A stretch of DNA of 64,000 nt from Paraspadella gotoi (Eukaryota; Animalia; Chaetognatha): contig CM119267.1 in assembly GCA_051294375.1 (NCBI GenBank), forward strand, positions 26,055,293 through 26,119,292, given 5' to 3'. Of the stretch, positions 23,301 to 38,300 are shown one piece after another. Every line of letters begins with the position of its first letter. Within the stretch, counting starts at the first letter, position 1. The notes under the pieces are model-generated. The model did no database searches, was not told the DNA's origin, and saw only the letters and a program-made list of their open reading frames with translations. The position numbers and the translations under genes were made by a program.

Positions 23301-26300
23301 AAACAAGAAAGAGACTCAAAAGGTCACACATTTGGATGTCACTGTGTAAAGGTTGAAATTAATTAGAAGAAAAGGAGAGAGAGAAAGAGATTGAATGATA
23401 GAAAGAATCTTGGCAGAAATACAAGTAATGAACAGAATTAAATCTAATAAAAAAAGATGGAAAATCAAAGCCAAGAATGAATAGTCTCATAATCCAAATA
23501 GGAAAAATCCTGTACTAATTTAAGAGCTTTCAGCATAACCAATCAATCAATCAATTAAAAATTAATCAATCAATCTCTCTCTCTTTCTCTCTTCTTTCTC
23601 TCTCCTCTCTCTCTTTTTGTTTGTGTCTTTTTATTATCTCTCTCTTTCTTGAGGGTTTGAGGGTTTGCCATGCCCACAAGGCGGCTTACGGCCGTCCTAC
23701 GCTTCCCGCAGGGTAGGTACCGGTTGGGATTGAACCCGGTACCTAGTGGTCATGAGCTGATGGCTTTACTCAATGAGCCACCGGGTCACAACTGAAAGTG
23801 TCATGATTCTAGGCGGGGTGAACCTAGGCAATAGCCGACTACACACATTTATAATGTTCATCTTATTAACAATTATTAGTCGGATCTGCTTTCAGAAGAT
23901 CCCGACTCTATAATTCACTTTGTCGGTCCGCCCCCTCAATATTGTCGGGCACTCACTTATATCATGTCAGAACATCGAATTATGATAAATTATGTAACAA
24001 AAAAAACGATGTCCGTCCGTCCGTCCCGCCTTAGCAAAAAACACCAATTACTCGTGATTGGATGATGGATTGGTATGAAATTTTGTGTGTGGGTAGGAAA
24101 CTGTGTGATTGAGATGGATATAAAGTTCGATGGAATCTTGCGAGTGAAAATTGGTTTAAATGGAAAAAACGAAAAAATCTATTTCACTATTTGAACGCTC
24201 ATGATGGATAGGGCAATTGACTTGAATTTTGTATGATGGTAGGAAAGTGTGTGATTGAGTTGATATAAAGTTTCGATGGAATCATGCGAGTGGAAATGAG
24301 TTAAAATGGAAAAAACAAAAGTCATATTTACTTGAAGTATTTTTACTTAAATTTACTCATAATTATTATGTTTTATTAAAAATTGGATAGATAAATTGAA
24401 ATGGAATTTTGTGTGTGGGTAGGAAAGTATGTGATAAAGCTGGATATAAATTTTTTTGATGGAATCGTAGGAGTGGAAAAGAGTTCAAATTAGAAAACCA
24501 AAAGACACATTTATTTGAATTTTTAAAGTTTCTCTCTATCTCTCTCTGATTGATTGACCAAATTAAGTCAGTTGACCAAATTAAGTCAGTTGACCAAATT
24601 ATGTCAGTTACCAAATTATGTCAGTTGACCAAATATGTCAGTTGACCAAATTTTGTCAGTTGACTAAATTATGCCAGCTGACAAAATTATGTCCGTTGAC
24701 CAAATTATGCCAGTTGACCAAATAATGCAAGTTGATTAAATTTTGCAAGTTGACCAAGTTAGCTTATTACCACTTAATTATCGTAGGCAGATCCGACAAC
24801 TTGTTTAATGGAAAGACATCAGTTAAAGAAAGTCAGTCTTGTATAAGAAAAAGATTTAAAAAATTGATTTGACCAATGATCATAATAATTATATTTTTGC
24901 ATAAAAAATGAAAATTTAAAAAAATCAAAAACATCAGATTTGGCCCAAAATAATTATTTCCAATCTGATGTTTTTAGAAATACAAAATGTTTGCTCGTTT
25001 TCTTTATTCTTAATTATGAACAAAAAAATTCTGCTTTTTTTCAACTAAAAATTCAATTATTTTAATAAATAAAAATGCCCTGTCTTCAAAGTTGTACGTA
25101 TTTTTGTTCCAAATTAATCATGGATAATCATAAAAATATAGATTTATGGCTACTACCCTCCAAATCCATGGGTCTTCTTGTAGAAAAGACATCAGAGCAA
25201 AAAGTCAGGCTTATATGAAAAAATGATAAAAAAAATTGATTTGACCAAGGCTCATTCATAATTATGTTTTTGCATAAAAAATAAAAATATCAAAAAATAA
25301 AAAACATCAGATTTTGCGCAAATTGATTTCTCCAATCTGATGTTTTTAGAAATGCAAAATGTTCACGCCTTTTCTTTAATTATAATTATGAACGCAAAAA
25401 ATAATATTTTCGAAAAACTGGAAAATTCAATTTTTTTATTAAAGAAAAATGTCCTATCATCAAAGTTGTGCATATTTTTTATTAAAATTTATCATGAATG
25501 ATCACAACAACATAGGTTACCGCTACTACCCTCCATTTTCGTTTTTTTTCTCATAACAAAGACATCAGTGCAAAAAAGTAAAATATTTGATAAAAGTAGA
25601 AACCTGTTTGTCAGTCCAAATTTCTGATATATTAATTGATTATGAACAAGCCCTGATTCAAAACTGTCGCAAAAATTATGTAGAGGTAAGGGCTTGGTCT
25701 GCTCTAATAGAATATGTAATAAAAATGCGTTTTTTAAACCATTTTGTGACAGTACCATAATTTCGAAAACACAGTAAAAAAATTTGTCACACTTTTTTTC
25801 ATATTTTTTTCTATTTTGTCAACGATTGGACCTTGTTAATCTTCTCACAGGGTAATGACGGTCCTTCACATTGTAACTGAACCTTCTGAATACCAAATGG
25901 CTGCATAATTGATAATATTGGGTAAAGGAGTTGTCTCTGAGATCAATAAATTGATGCAAAAGTAGGCTGAAACTCCCTTTTAGCTTTTATCCTGCATTGC
26001 GACTATGTTCCCTTAATTATTGAGGGCAGATCTGAAATTGTATGCTTAAACTTTTTTTATATATCAATGTTCTATAGTACAAGACTGTTCATTAGGGTGA
26101 AATGAAAGTTTGGAATCAAAATTTAGCAGTTATATCTTGAAAACTATCATATTAGTGAATACTAATCTGTAATTATTTTTTTTTTTATAAATATAGTAGC
26201 TCAGTCAGCTTATTTTGTATTTAGTACTACCCTTATATAATGTCAAAATTTCAAAATGGTTTTTTTTTTTAATTCTGAGAACAGATTCAGATTCCTCGTT

Positions 26301-29300
26301 AAAAGTTAATAAAGAAAGTATAAATTTTTTTCAAAAATTATGTCATTAAGTAGGTTAAAATTACAAAAAACTATATTTTTAAGCTGGAAATTTAAAAACG
26401 GCGTCTTAAATATAGTTTTTGACATTTTTGACTAACTTAATGAAAGAATTTTTAAAAAAGAATTGTACTTTCTTATAATAACTTTTTGCAAGGAATCCAA
26501 ATTCGATCTTAAAATTTAAAACTTGTATTTTGAAATTTTAGCCTATTATATACTTATTACTATATATAAATATAGCTTACTGGTGCCCACTAATGTATAA
26601 AATTAAAAAATAAATTTACCAAAATATTTTTATTGGTTTTTATGTTCATGTTTTATATGCTAAATTTTAATTTTCTAAAATTTTATCATTTTCACATCAC
26701 TCTACTGTTCATGATCAACTATTCGAATTTTGATCGGCAACTTTCACTACGCCTTAATGCACAATGCACATAATTTATAAACCTAAATTAAATTGTAAAT
26801 TATAACAAGTTTGAGCAAACAATGTCGGATCTGCCCACGATCATTGTCGGTAATTAATTAATTAATTAATAAATAATTAATTATTTAATTAATTCATAAT
26901 TAATTTATTCAAGTTAATTATTTAATTAATTATACAATTAATTTGATCCAAAATGTTTGTTTTTATTGATTAATTAACTGATTAATTAATTATTTGATTA
27001 ATTAATACATCTTGCATTTACATTTAAAATAAAAAAAAAAGAAGCATAATCAATTAGTGAAACAGGTTCTTTGTTTTTTCCATTTAAACTCATTTCCACT
27101 CATTTCCATCAAAACTTATTTCCAGTTTAATCACACACTTTTCTACCCAAATACAAAATTTCAAGTCAATCGCCTCATCCACTCATGAGTAATTGGTGTT
27201 CAAATAGTGAAATATATTTTTTTGTTTTTTCCATTTAAACTCATTTCCACTCGGACGATTCCATCGAAACTTCATATCCAGCTCAATCACACACTTCCCT
27301 ACCCACACACAAAATTTCATTCCAATCCATCCATCCAATCACGAGTAATTGGTGTTTTTTGCTAAGGTGAGACGGATGGACAGACAGACGAACGGACGGA
27401 CGGACGAATGCCCGACAAGATTGAGGGGGCGGACCAACGGACCGACAAAGTGAATTATAGAGCGGGATCTGCTGAAAGCAGATCCGACTAAAAAAGAAAG
27501 AGACGTTACCCATGTGATTGCAGACTGCGTGGGCAATGACTGGCGCCGCGATGTGGCCGGTGCGCAGGAAAAGAAAAACAGAATAGGCGCCGGTACACCG
27601 AGGTGTAAAGAAACTGAAAGAAGAAAAATAAATCAAGATTCAAAACGAAAAGCAAATCGTAAAGAAACCAGCCAATAAAAATCTTAAAAGCAATAGGGAT
27701 CGAGCCTACTTTTGATGATAACCAAATATTGATGCGATGATAACCAAATATTGATGCGATGATAACCGAAGGATTGATGCGATGATAACCAAATGATGGA
27801 TGCGATGATAGTCATTCATTGATGCGATGATAGTCATTCATTGATGCGATGATAATCATTCATTGATGCGATGATAATCACTCATTGATGCGATGATAAT
27901 CACTCATTGATGCGATGATAGTCCTTCATTGATCGGATGATAATGATAATGATGCGATGATAGTCATTCATTGAAGCGATGATAGTCATTCATTGATGCG
28001 ATGCTTGTCATTCATTGACGTGACGAGTTAATTAGAGAGAGAGAGAGAGAGAGACTTGATTGAGAGAGAAATATAGAGAGAATAATAAAATAATAAAGAA
28101 AAGTTTTTAGAAGGAAAAAATAAAAATCCACGAAAATCTCGGAAATAAATTTGGGATTTTGTATTAAGAAAAAAGTGGCGTGATAAAAATAAAATTGTTT
28201 TATTAGAGTGTGATTACTGATTAAGCATCAATTAACTTTCTATTTTTTTTTTCAATTGAAATAAGACTGAAGTCTTTTGTTCATCTAGTTCAAAATGATA
28301 GTTGAAAACCTTATTTTTTTGCATTTTATTGAAAATGAATGAGATTGATATTGATTGATTGTGGTACCCATTTTTGTGACCAGAATCTGTTCCCACCAAA
28401 GTACGTGATCGAATTTTATGAAATTTTACATATACAGTCCTAATGACGATACAAATGGAACTATCAACCCCTGACAAGAGATACATTGTCCTGGGGCTGG
28501 ACCCTGGGGGGCAAAAAAGGCTAAAAATTTTTTTTATATTTTAATATTTTTTAGTAGCATCGGGTGCATTGACGTCTTAAACATGTAAAAAAAACATTTT
28601 AGAACTAAAATTGATAAATTTTCAATAATTAAGAATGTTTGAAGAAGATGCATGGTTCATCGTTTTACTTCCAATTTTCCAAAATTATTCCAAATCTGAC
28701 TTGAACAGCTGATATTCATGAAGATAAAAATTAAGGTAAATAACATTTTTGAGGTAATAAATAGGTTTTTGGGAAAGAGTAAATGTCTGTGCAACAAAAA
28801 TATTTTTAAAATTTGTAAAAAAAATTTTACCATTTTTTACCCCAATGGGTGAACCCCGAGAGGCCCATATCTCAGCTCAGGGTCAAATATTGAAATTCGC
28901 CTCGATAGTTCTATTTATATTCACATAGGGATCGTTCATACTAACTTTCAATAAATTTGGTCCAGTAGTTTTCTCGGAACGTGTTCTGGTCACAAAAAAG
29001 GGGTACTGAAAAGACATTGATATTTGTTATGTGTTAGTGACAGAACCGTTCAATGTAAGCAGTCCCTGAGCTTCGGATCAGGCTGTAACACCATGTTATA
29101 GGCGGGTTAAGCGCCCCGTCCCTCTTAACTGCCAGACGACCACCGGGCTAGAACCCCGGACCTTTGGTTGGGAGGCGAATGACTTGCCTCCGGCACCAAT
29201 GGCCGCTGATGAACGGTTGGTGGATTTTAGTCCACCATAGTACCACTTTTTTTTTTATATTAATACCAAAAACAGTATTAACAAATCTTTTTTTTTTTTT

Positions 29301-32300
29301 TTTTAAAGGAAGCAACATTATTATTTTTTTATTTAAAAGTAAAAACTAATTTATTAAAATTTAACAGAAACACAAGACACAAACGTTTAAATAGACTCAT
29401 GAATAAAATATTATGAACTAATTCATATTTTTTATAATGGACTCATAAATCAAATGTTATGGACTAATTCATAAGAAATAATTCATAAATTATAACGTTC
29501 AAGAACGTTCAAAAATAAATTTTTTAAACATTTTGACATAATGACATAATTGACATAATCATAAAATGAAGCCTTCTGTAATTAAAAAATAAATAAAGAA
29601 AGGCAAAAATGTTACAATGTTTACAATTGGAAATTTTTTTCAATTTTTTCCAATCATAGGTTGTTAAAGATTTTATTTTATTTGTATAGCTTCTCATTAA
29701 AAAGGTCTTTTATTTCCCATTTTTATTATAGATTTAAAAAAAATTTATGAATTTCATCTTCAATATTATATACTGCAATATGTAAATTAGATTAAAGCAT
29801 TTCTGTATACTAATTTGGATATTATAATGAGTACTTTAATCTCATTTGCATATTGCCAGTAAATCATAATGAAGTGGAAATTCAAACAAAAAATACTTAA
29901 ATCCAAATGTAATAAAAAATATCAAGGCTATTTCAAGATAAGAAGCCATATCTAAATTTTTAACTTACTATGGCCAGTGATTTTGATTTGGGTATTTTCA
30001 ACAATGAAATTGAAACTTAAATAACTATTTTTTCTTTTTTTCCCACTGATAAATATGAAACACTCTTTCTTTAAAAAAACGGTTGGCTATAGTTTTCTTC
30101 TCCTTATAATATAGAACTCACTGGTGAATTTCTATGCTTTCAAAATACGGTAAGACATGATTTCTTTTCCGACATCATTCTAATTACGGTATCTGACATA
30201 ACTAAGATGAAACTAAAACGATTTTTTATGGTAAGGGGAACTTTTAAAGATTAAATTGCTCGTCAGATCTATCGCGTTTTTTAGATATACTACTGCTAAG
30301 GCAAAACAATGGCACAGTATATTTTAAAACTGTTTTCCTTTTTTTATCCACTATTTTTTTCTCTCTTGAACCTTCTCTCTGTCTCTTTCTTTTTCTCTCT
30401 TCTCTCTGTCTTTCTCTCCCTTTCTCATACTTTTCTGTCCTCATATTTCTCTGTGTCATCCCTTCTTTTCTTCCTTAACCTTTATTTCCCTTCCTCTCAA
30501 TCTCTGTTTTTCTCTCCCTCTCTGATTCTCTTTCCCCTGTTTCTTATCTTTTCTTTTCTCTCAATTGTTCTCGTTTCCCCCCTCTCCCCATATATTAATT
30601 TCTTTCCACTCTTTCTCCCTCTCCCTTCAATTTTTTTCACCCATTCTCTCTCTTCTCTCATCTTTTTCTCATTCTACAATGTAAGAAAAAAAATCTAGGG
30701 TAGTGTATGATTTTAGCGGAAGTTTGGTTGCCAAGCAGATTTAAAAAATCGACAGATTTTTGCGGAAATTTTTTCCGCAAAAACCTGTCGATTGAGAGAA
30801 ATTAATCTGCTGACGCTTCCCTTTCAATAAAAGAAGGCGTTTTTTTAATTGGTCAACTTTAGTATGTTTCTCAGCTATTAAAACTATAAAATAAGTCAAA
30901 AACCGAGTTTTAGTTCAAATAAACGCACCTCACAATCCTCACAAATTAAAAGTAGGCTTAAAAATTTTTTTTAGCTAAAGTATTAAATATTTTGCCCTAA
31001 TTTTTTAGATACCAGAAGCACGGACAATGGGGAATATTTGATTAGAATTGTGGACATTTTGAAGTATTTTCGTTTAACAAATTGTAATAAAATGTAAAAA
31101 TGTAAGTTTTTGACTAGTCAATTTAAAAAATAATTCATAGGCAAACAATAGATGATTAACATCAAATGAACCAACTCAGAGGTCAAGAAGATAAGAAGGA
31201 CCCGAAAGCCAGAGTAAAAAAATTTTCTTCAATGATCTTGGCATTCAAATCTCAAGACAAAAGTCAAAATGGACAAAAATGGACATAATTTTTTTTATTA
31301 AAAGTAGCAAAAATGTCATTGATTCTTAATTAGAAAATGCAGCAGAGGATTTCAATTAATCCGTAGTCTAGCCAACTTTGTCTTAGAGTTAAAATTTAAT
31401 CATTTTTGTTGGTAATATTCTAACAATATTGAAAAAAGTGGTTTTTTTTGCTAAATTCCTAGATAGAAATCACTGCCTATGATCGCACATTTTTGTAAAA
31501 CTTTATCATAATTCATTTTTATTTAAAAAAAAACGGTAAGTCACAGCCAAACCTATAAAAGCGTATTAGTTTTTAATGAAAACAGCGTGACGCCGACGAC
31601 GTCACAAAGAAGCCTGGCCTTAACATTATAGAGCCAGGACCAGGCGAAGCCTGTCCTGGCTCGATAAAAAGGAAGTAAAAATTAATAAAAAGACCTGAAA
31701 ACAAGAAGCGGGGAGGATTTGCGAAAGAGGAAGACCCGTCGTTGTCCTCTTTTCATAGATGTGATGAAAATGCGCGAGCCGAAGAAAAGAGGAGCGACGA
31801 CGAGAGTCAGCCCTTTATTTCATCATGAAAATTGAAAAACTACTTGTTTCACTATCTATAGCTTTTTAGATAATATATTTTTAGTTAATATTTAAATTTT
31901 TTAAAAAATTTTTAGTCGGATTGCTGCTTATCAGCAGAATCCCGACTCTATAATTCACTTTGTCGGTCCGTCGGTCCGCCCCCTCAATATTGTCGGGCAC
32001 ACACTTATATCATGTCAGAACATCGAATTATGATAAATTATGCAAAAAAAAAATGATGTCCGTCCGTTCCGTCCACCTTAGCAAAAAACACAATTACTCG
32101 TGATTGGATGGATGGATTTGAATGAAATTTTGTGTGTGGGTAGGGAAGTGTGTGATTGAGCTGGATATAAAGTTTCGATGTGAATCGTCCGAGTGGGAAT
32201 ATGAGTTTAAATGGAAAAACAAAAAAATATAAATTCACTATTTGAACACCAACCTGCCTCTATGCAGTGGATGGGGAGCGATTGACCTGAAATTTTTGTA

Positions 32301-35300
32301 TGTGAGTAGGAAATGTGTGATTGAACAGGAAACCGAGTTTTGATGAATCGTTTGAGTGGAAATGAGTTAAATGGAAAAAAACAAAAAACCTGTTTCTCAC
32401 TAATTGATTATGTTCTTTTTCCTTTTATATTAAATGTATATGCAGTGAGTATTAATAAATCAAATAATCAGTTAATCAATTAGTCAATTAATTAATCACT
32501 AATTAATCAGTCAATCCGTCCATCCGTCCACCTTAGCAACAAGCCCGTAATAACTCGTGATTGGCTGCGTTTGGATCGAAATGAAATTTTGTGTAGGGTA
32601 GGAACATTGTGTGATGAAGCTGGATATAAATTTTGTTGAAATCGTGTGATGGATATGAGTTTAAATTGAAAAAACATAAGTCGCATTTACTAAAATCTTT
32701 TTACTTATTTTAACCAATAAATATTCTAATTAATCATAATTGGTGGATAGAGTTGAGTTCAAATTTTGTGTGGGTAGGAAAATGTGTGACGAAGCTTCGA
32801 TATAAAGTTTTGACGGAATTGTGCTAGTGGAAATGAGTTTAAATGGAAAAAATAAAGTCACATTTACTTATTTTAAGGACATCGATGATGATAAGGCTGT
32901 ATATAAATTTATAATTAATTATTAATATTAAAATTAATTAATCAATTAATAATTAATTTTTCGTAGGCAGATCCGACATTGTTTGCTCAAACCTTGTTAA
33001 TGATTTTTCATGTTAAATCTAATATTATTTATCTATATTTGGAATGGGGACGTTAGTGTTGTCTTCAAGAAATCGAGGAGAAGAAACTACACAAACACAA
33101 AGTTTTCTTATAGATATCGATTTATTCAAAGTCTTTAAAACATACTTAAATTACTAAAAGTAAAACCGTATAATCAAAACACAGAACTAAATTTTCGTTC
33201 TTCTTCCGCTTCTTCTTTCATTCGTCAATTTGACTATTTCCTTATTAATGATTCTGTACGCGTTTCAGGCAAAAAGACTGTAAATAAATTGCTTTATTTA
33301 TATAAACTTCAGTTGGTAGTGCGTTCGGGTAATCAACAGCGCGTAATTCGGAACACTGACATATAAAATGAAATAAAAAAATTGTTTAATAGATATTTTA
33401 TAATTTTTTTGGTTACTTTAATATTTCACCAACTTGACTTTCCATTACAGCAGTACAGCATCGGCTGCTTGCTTGCAGCAGCTGCCAGCAACAATTTCAA
33501 AGCTGCTCGTTTTGGAGTAGTCGTTTTCAAGCCTCTCTCACAGTCATATTGACGTAATATTGACTATGGAATATTAATATCTGATTGACGAGACTACTAA
33601 TTTTTAGTTATTGTATAGATTATTTCAAAAAAATAATTCTATTATTTTTTACATAGCTACAATTAAATTGAGGTAAAACGAACACCTGTAAGTAAGTATT
33701 CTGTGTTACCTAATATGCTTTTTATAAAGTTTTAGAGAATATTTACTCATAATAATAAGAGTTTGCAACATTTGCTTATGATAATTAGCGTGGAAAAAAA
33801 TTATTATACTATTAATAATACAGTAAAAAAATCTATTTTAGCAAAAAAAAGTAACAAAGTTTGTATGGAATTTAACGCCTTAAATATGGTTAAAAAATAG
33901 TAAAAAAAAAAAAATATAAATGACATAATATAAAAATAATACTGAATAAAAATTATGTTTGAAAAGGAACAATTAAAACTAAGCTAAAATTCTAAGCTAA
34001 ATATAAATTGATAAATAACAAGTTTGAACAAACAATGTCGGACTCTGCCTACGATAATTAATTAATTAATAGATTAATTAATTAATTAATAGATTAATTA
34101 ATTAATTAATAGATTAATTAATTACATTAATAGATTAATTATAATATCATATTCAGCTTGCATCATCGAATGTCCTTAAAATTGAAGTCAGGACAGTTAT
34201 TAAAATGTTTTGTTTACATTTTATCAAAACAAACAAATATCCTCTATTATCGAGCCAGGCGGCAAAGCCCGTCCTGTCTAGATTTTGATTCTGCTTTAGC
34301 TTTCGGTCTCGCCTTTTTGCAATCTATGGCTTCTGAAAAATCTGATAGTCATAGGAGTTGAATTTTCATATATGGCTTCTAATCACTCAAGATCTTTAAA
34401 ATTCTTCATGTTTCAATCAATATTCGTATTTGTTTATGCTTTTATCTTACAAAACAAACGTTATTTAATTATATGTCGCTCTCTCTCTCTCTCTTTTCTC
34501 CGTCACTAGCTTTCTTCTGATTTGTCTAAAAAACGAGTTCGGGCTCTGCAGCGTCTGTCCAGCTTCTCTCTTTCTCTCTCTCTTTTTTTACAAAAAATTT
34601 TGTTAGATATAATGTGGGTTCACTAATGTAAAAACGATGCCGCTGAACCGTGCGCGAAACCGGGTCCTTTGGGTAGAGAATAGCTCACGCTACGTGCGGC
34701 GCCATAAGCTACTCTGATTCTTTAACGAGTAAAAGGGGCTGTTAGAGCTTCTCTACTCTCTCTCTCTTTTAATTATTATATATCGCTCTATTCTCTTTTT
34801 CTCTGCAAGCGGCTGTCTCTCTCTCTTTCTCTTTTTCTCTTCTCTCTCTCTGTTCTCTCTGTGTGTTCTGTCCCTATCTGTTTCCGGATTTTCCTTTCTT
34901 TGCGTGATCGTTTGTTTTTTGAAAAATTACTGATTATTTTTTTCCTTCTAAAAACTTTTTATTTGATTGGCCATTTATTCCGCGCTTTTTTTCAATAACA
35001 AAATCCCATATTTTCATCCGTAGATTTTTCGTGGATTTATTCTCTTCTTCTCTCTCTCATCTCTCTCTCTTCTTTCTACTCTCTCTCTTTCTCTCTCTCT
35101 CTCTCTTTCTCTTTCACTCATTACACGCATTTGTTTGTTTATGACTATCATCGCATCCAATGGAATGACATCATCGCACATCAATGAATGACGATCATCG
35201 CATCAATCCTGAATGACTCATCATCAGCAGCATGTGAGATGATATCATGCTCTATCATAATTGATTATCATCGAATCAATAATCGAATTCCTATTACATC

Positions 35301-38300
35301 AACTTAAATTACTATTACATCAATCAATGTAGTATTACCTCGAATCAATTACATATTACATCAATAATTCGTATCGCATGATTCCAATTCGTTTTAATTC
35401 CCGGTTTTTTTCATTAATTTTCTATGATAAGTGGCCTCTGCGCTCCGATCTTGGCCAGTCTTTTTAGATTTTTTATTTTATGTCTCCTTCTCTCTTCTCT
35501 CTGCTCACCTCTCTCTCTTTCTCTCTCACTCCTCTCTCTCCTCTCACCTCTCTCTTTTCTCTTCTCTTTTATTATGCAATAGCGACGATCTTATGCTTTT
35601 AAGATTTTTTTAACTTGCATCATTTTTTCAACGTGGCATAATTTTTTTCAACTTGCATTTCCGTCCCATACTTATATCTAGCGTCTTCACTCACTTTCCT
35701 ACCCGGGCTCACAAAATTTCATCTCAAATCTATCATGGCGGTTAAAAATAAATAATAAAGATTCAAAGTAAATGAGACTCATATTTTTTTTCATTCTAAA
35801 CTCATTCTCACTTGGTACGTTTCCACCTGAAACTTCTATATCCACAGTCTTCGTCATTAACCTGTCTATCCCATACCACACACAAAATTGCAACTCAATC
35901 CTATCCATCCAATTATGATTAATTGCGAATATTTATTGAGTTAAAATAAGTAAAAACGATTTTAGGGTTTAAAAATTCGACTATGTTTTTTCCATTTAAA
36001 CTAAATTTCCACTCACACGATTTCCATTCAAAACTTCATAGTCACCAAGTCTCAATCCGACACACTTACAGCCTCATACACAAAAATTTCATTGTAAATC
36101 ATCCATCCCAATCCCGAGTAATTTTGTGTTTTTGGCTTTAAAGGTGGGACGACGGACGGCAGCCCAACGGTACATTCATTTTTCTTGCATAGATATCATA
36201 ATTCGATGTCTGACATGATATAAGTGTGTGCCCGACCCCCAATAATTGAGCGGACCGACGGACGAAACACTAGTGGAGTTATAGAGTCGAGGAATCTGCT
36301 GATAAGCAGATCCGCACTAAAAAGAGAATAAGAAAAATAACATTGGAATTTAAAAAAGGGACAAAAACCAATCATAATTGAAAGAAGATAGCGGACAAAA
36401 TCAAGAATTTCCTGGCAAAGGGAAATAAAAAAACTCAGTCAAAAATCTATAAATACAATAAAATATATATAAAATTTGGTATCTATTGCTCAATTCAATA
36501 ATTATGCTAATAAACTGAGGAACATGGTATTAAAAATATAAGATTTTTCAATTTTTACTACATTAAACATTAATTCAGTAATTATTTTTGTAGTTATTAT
36601 AAAATTATCATAATTTATCAAGTGTGTTCCGTTATCAAAAAATAAAAAACATCAGATTTTGCGCAAATTGATTTCCTCCAATCTGATGTTTTTAGAAATG
36701 CAAAATGTTCACGCCTTTTCTTTAATTATAATTATGAACGCAAAAAATAATATTTTCGAAAAACTGGAAAATTCAATTTTTTTATTAAAGAAAAATGTCC
36801 TATCATCAAAGTTGTGCATATTTTTTATTAAAATTTATCATGAATGATCACAACAACATAGGTTTACCGCTACTACCCTCCATTTTCGTTTTTTTTCTCA
36901 TAACAAAGACATCAGTGCAAAAAAGTAAAATATTTGATAAAAAGTAGAAACCTGTTTGTCAGTCCAAATTTCTGATATATTAATTGATTATGAACAAGCC
37001 CTGATTCAAAACTGTCGCAAAAATTATGTAGAGGTAAGGGCTTGGTCTGCTCTAATAGAATATGTAATAAAAATGCGTTTTTTAAACCATTTTGTGACAG
37101 TACCATAATTTCGAAAACACAGTAAAAAAATTTGTCACACTTTTTTTCATATTTTTTTCTATTTTGTCAACGATTGGACCTTGTTAATCTTCTCACAGGG
37201 TAATGACGGTCCTTCACATTGTAACTGAACCTTCTGAATACCAAATGGCTGCATAATTGATAATATTGGGTAAAGGAGTTGTCTCTGAGATCAATAAATT
37301 GATGCAAAAGTAGGCTGAAACTCCCTTTTAGCTTTTATCCTGCATTGCGACTTATGTTCCCTTAATTATTGAGGGCAGATCTGAAATTGTATGCTTAAAC
37401 TTGTTTTTATATATCAATGTTCTATAGTACAAGACTGTTCATTAGGGTGAAATGAAAGTTTGGAATCAAAATTTAGCAGTTATATCTTGAAAAACTATCA
37501 TATTATAAACTTAGCAGTTATATCTTGAAAACTATCTAATATTATAAATATAGTAGCTCAGTCAGCTTATTTGTATTTAGTACTACCCTTATATAATGTC
37601 AAAAATTTCAAAATGGTTTTTTTTTTAATTCTGAGAACAGATTCAGATTCCTCGTTAAAAGTTAATAAAGAAAGTATAAATTTTTTTCAAAAATTATGTC
37701 ATTAAGTAGGTTAAAATTACAAAAAACTATATTTTTAAGCTGGAAATTTAAAAACGGCGTCTTAAATATAGTTTTTGACATTTTTGACTAACTTAATGAA
37801 AGAATTTTTAAAAAAGAATTGTACTTTCTTATAATAACTTTTTGCAAGGAATCCAAATTCGATCTTAAAATTTAAAACTTGTATTTTGAAATAGCTTTAT
37901 ATACTTATTACTATATATAAATATAGCTTACTGGTGCCCACTAATGTATAAAATTAAAAAATAAATTTACCAAAATATTTTTATTGGTTTTTATGTTCAT
38001 GTTTTATATGCTAAATTTTAATTTTCTAAAATTTTATCATTTTCACATCACTCTACTGTTCATGATCAACTATTCGAATTTTGATCGGCAACTTTCACTA
38101 CGCCTTAATGCACAATGCACATAATTTATAAACCTAAATTAAATTGTAAATTATAACAAGTTTGAGCAAACAATGTCGGATCTGCCCACGATCATTGTCG
38201 GTAATTAATTAATTAATTAATAAATAATTAATTATTTAATTAATTCATAATTAATTTATTCAAGTTAATTATTTAATTAATTATACAATTAATTTGATCC

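Larger units (their letters stand above)
27510..31812 (-). pseudogene. RCE1: duplicated RCE1 exons (~31812-31695 and ~27613-27510), each with a 1-bp indel
   Basis: Match 43174-43056 and 38964-38862 except for frameshifting single-base differences; probably assembly error. Confidence 0.6.

Noticed and set aside
27712-28020. 22-bp array as CRISPR
   Set aside because: No spacers; a gradually diverging minisatellite.
29190-29239. Hammerhead in family B (contains CTGATGA)
   Set aside because: No correctly placed GAAA core downstream of a stem II.
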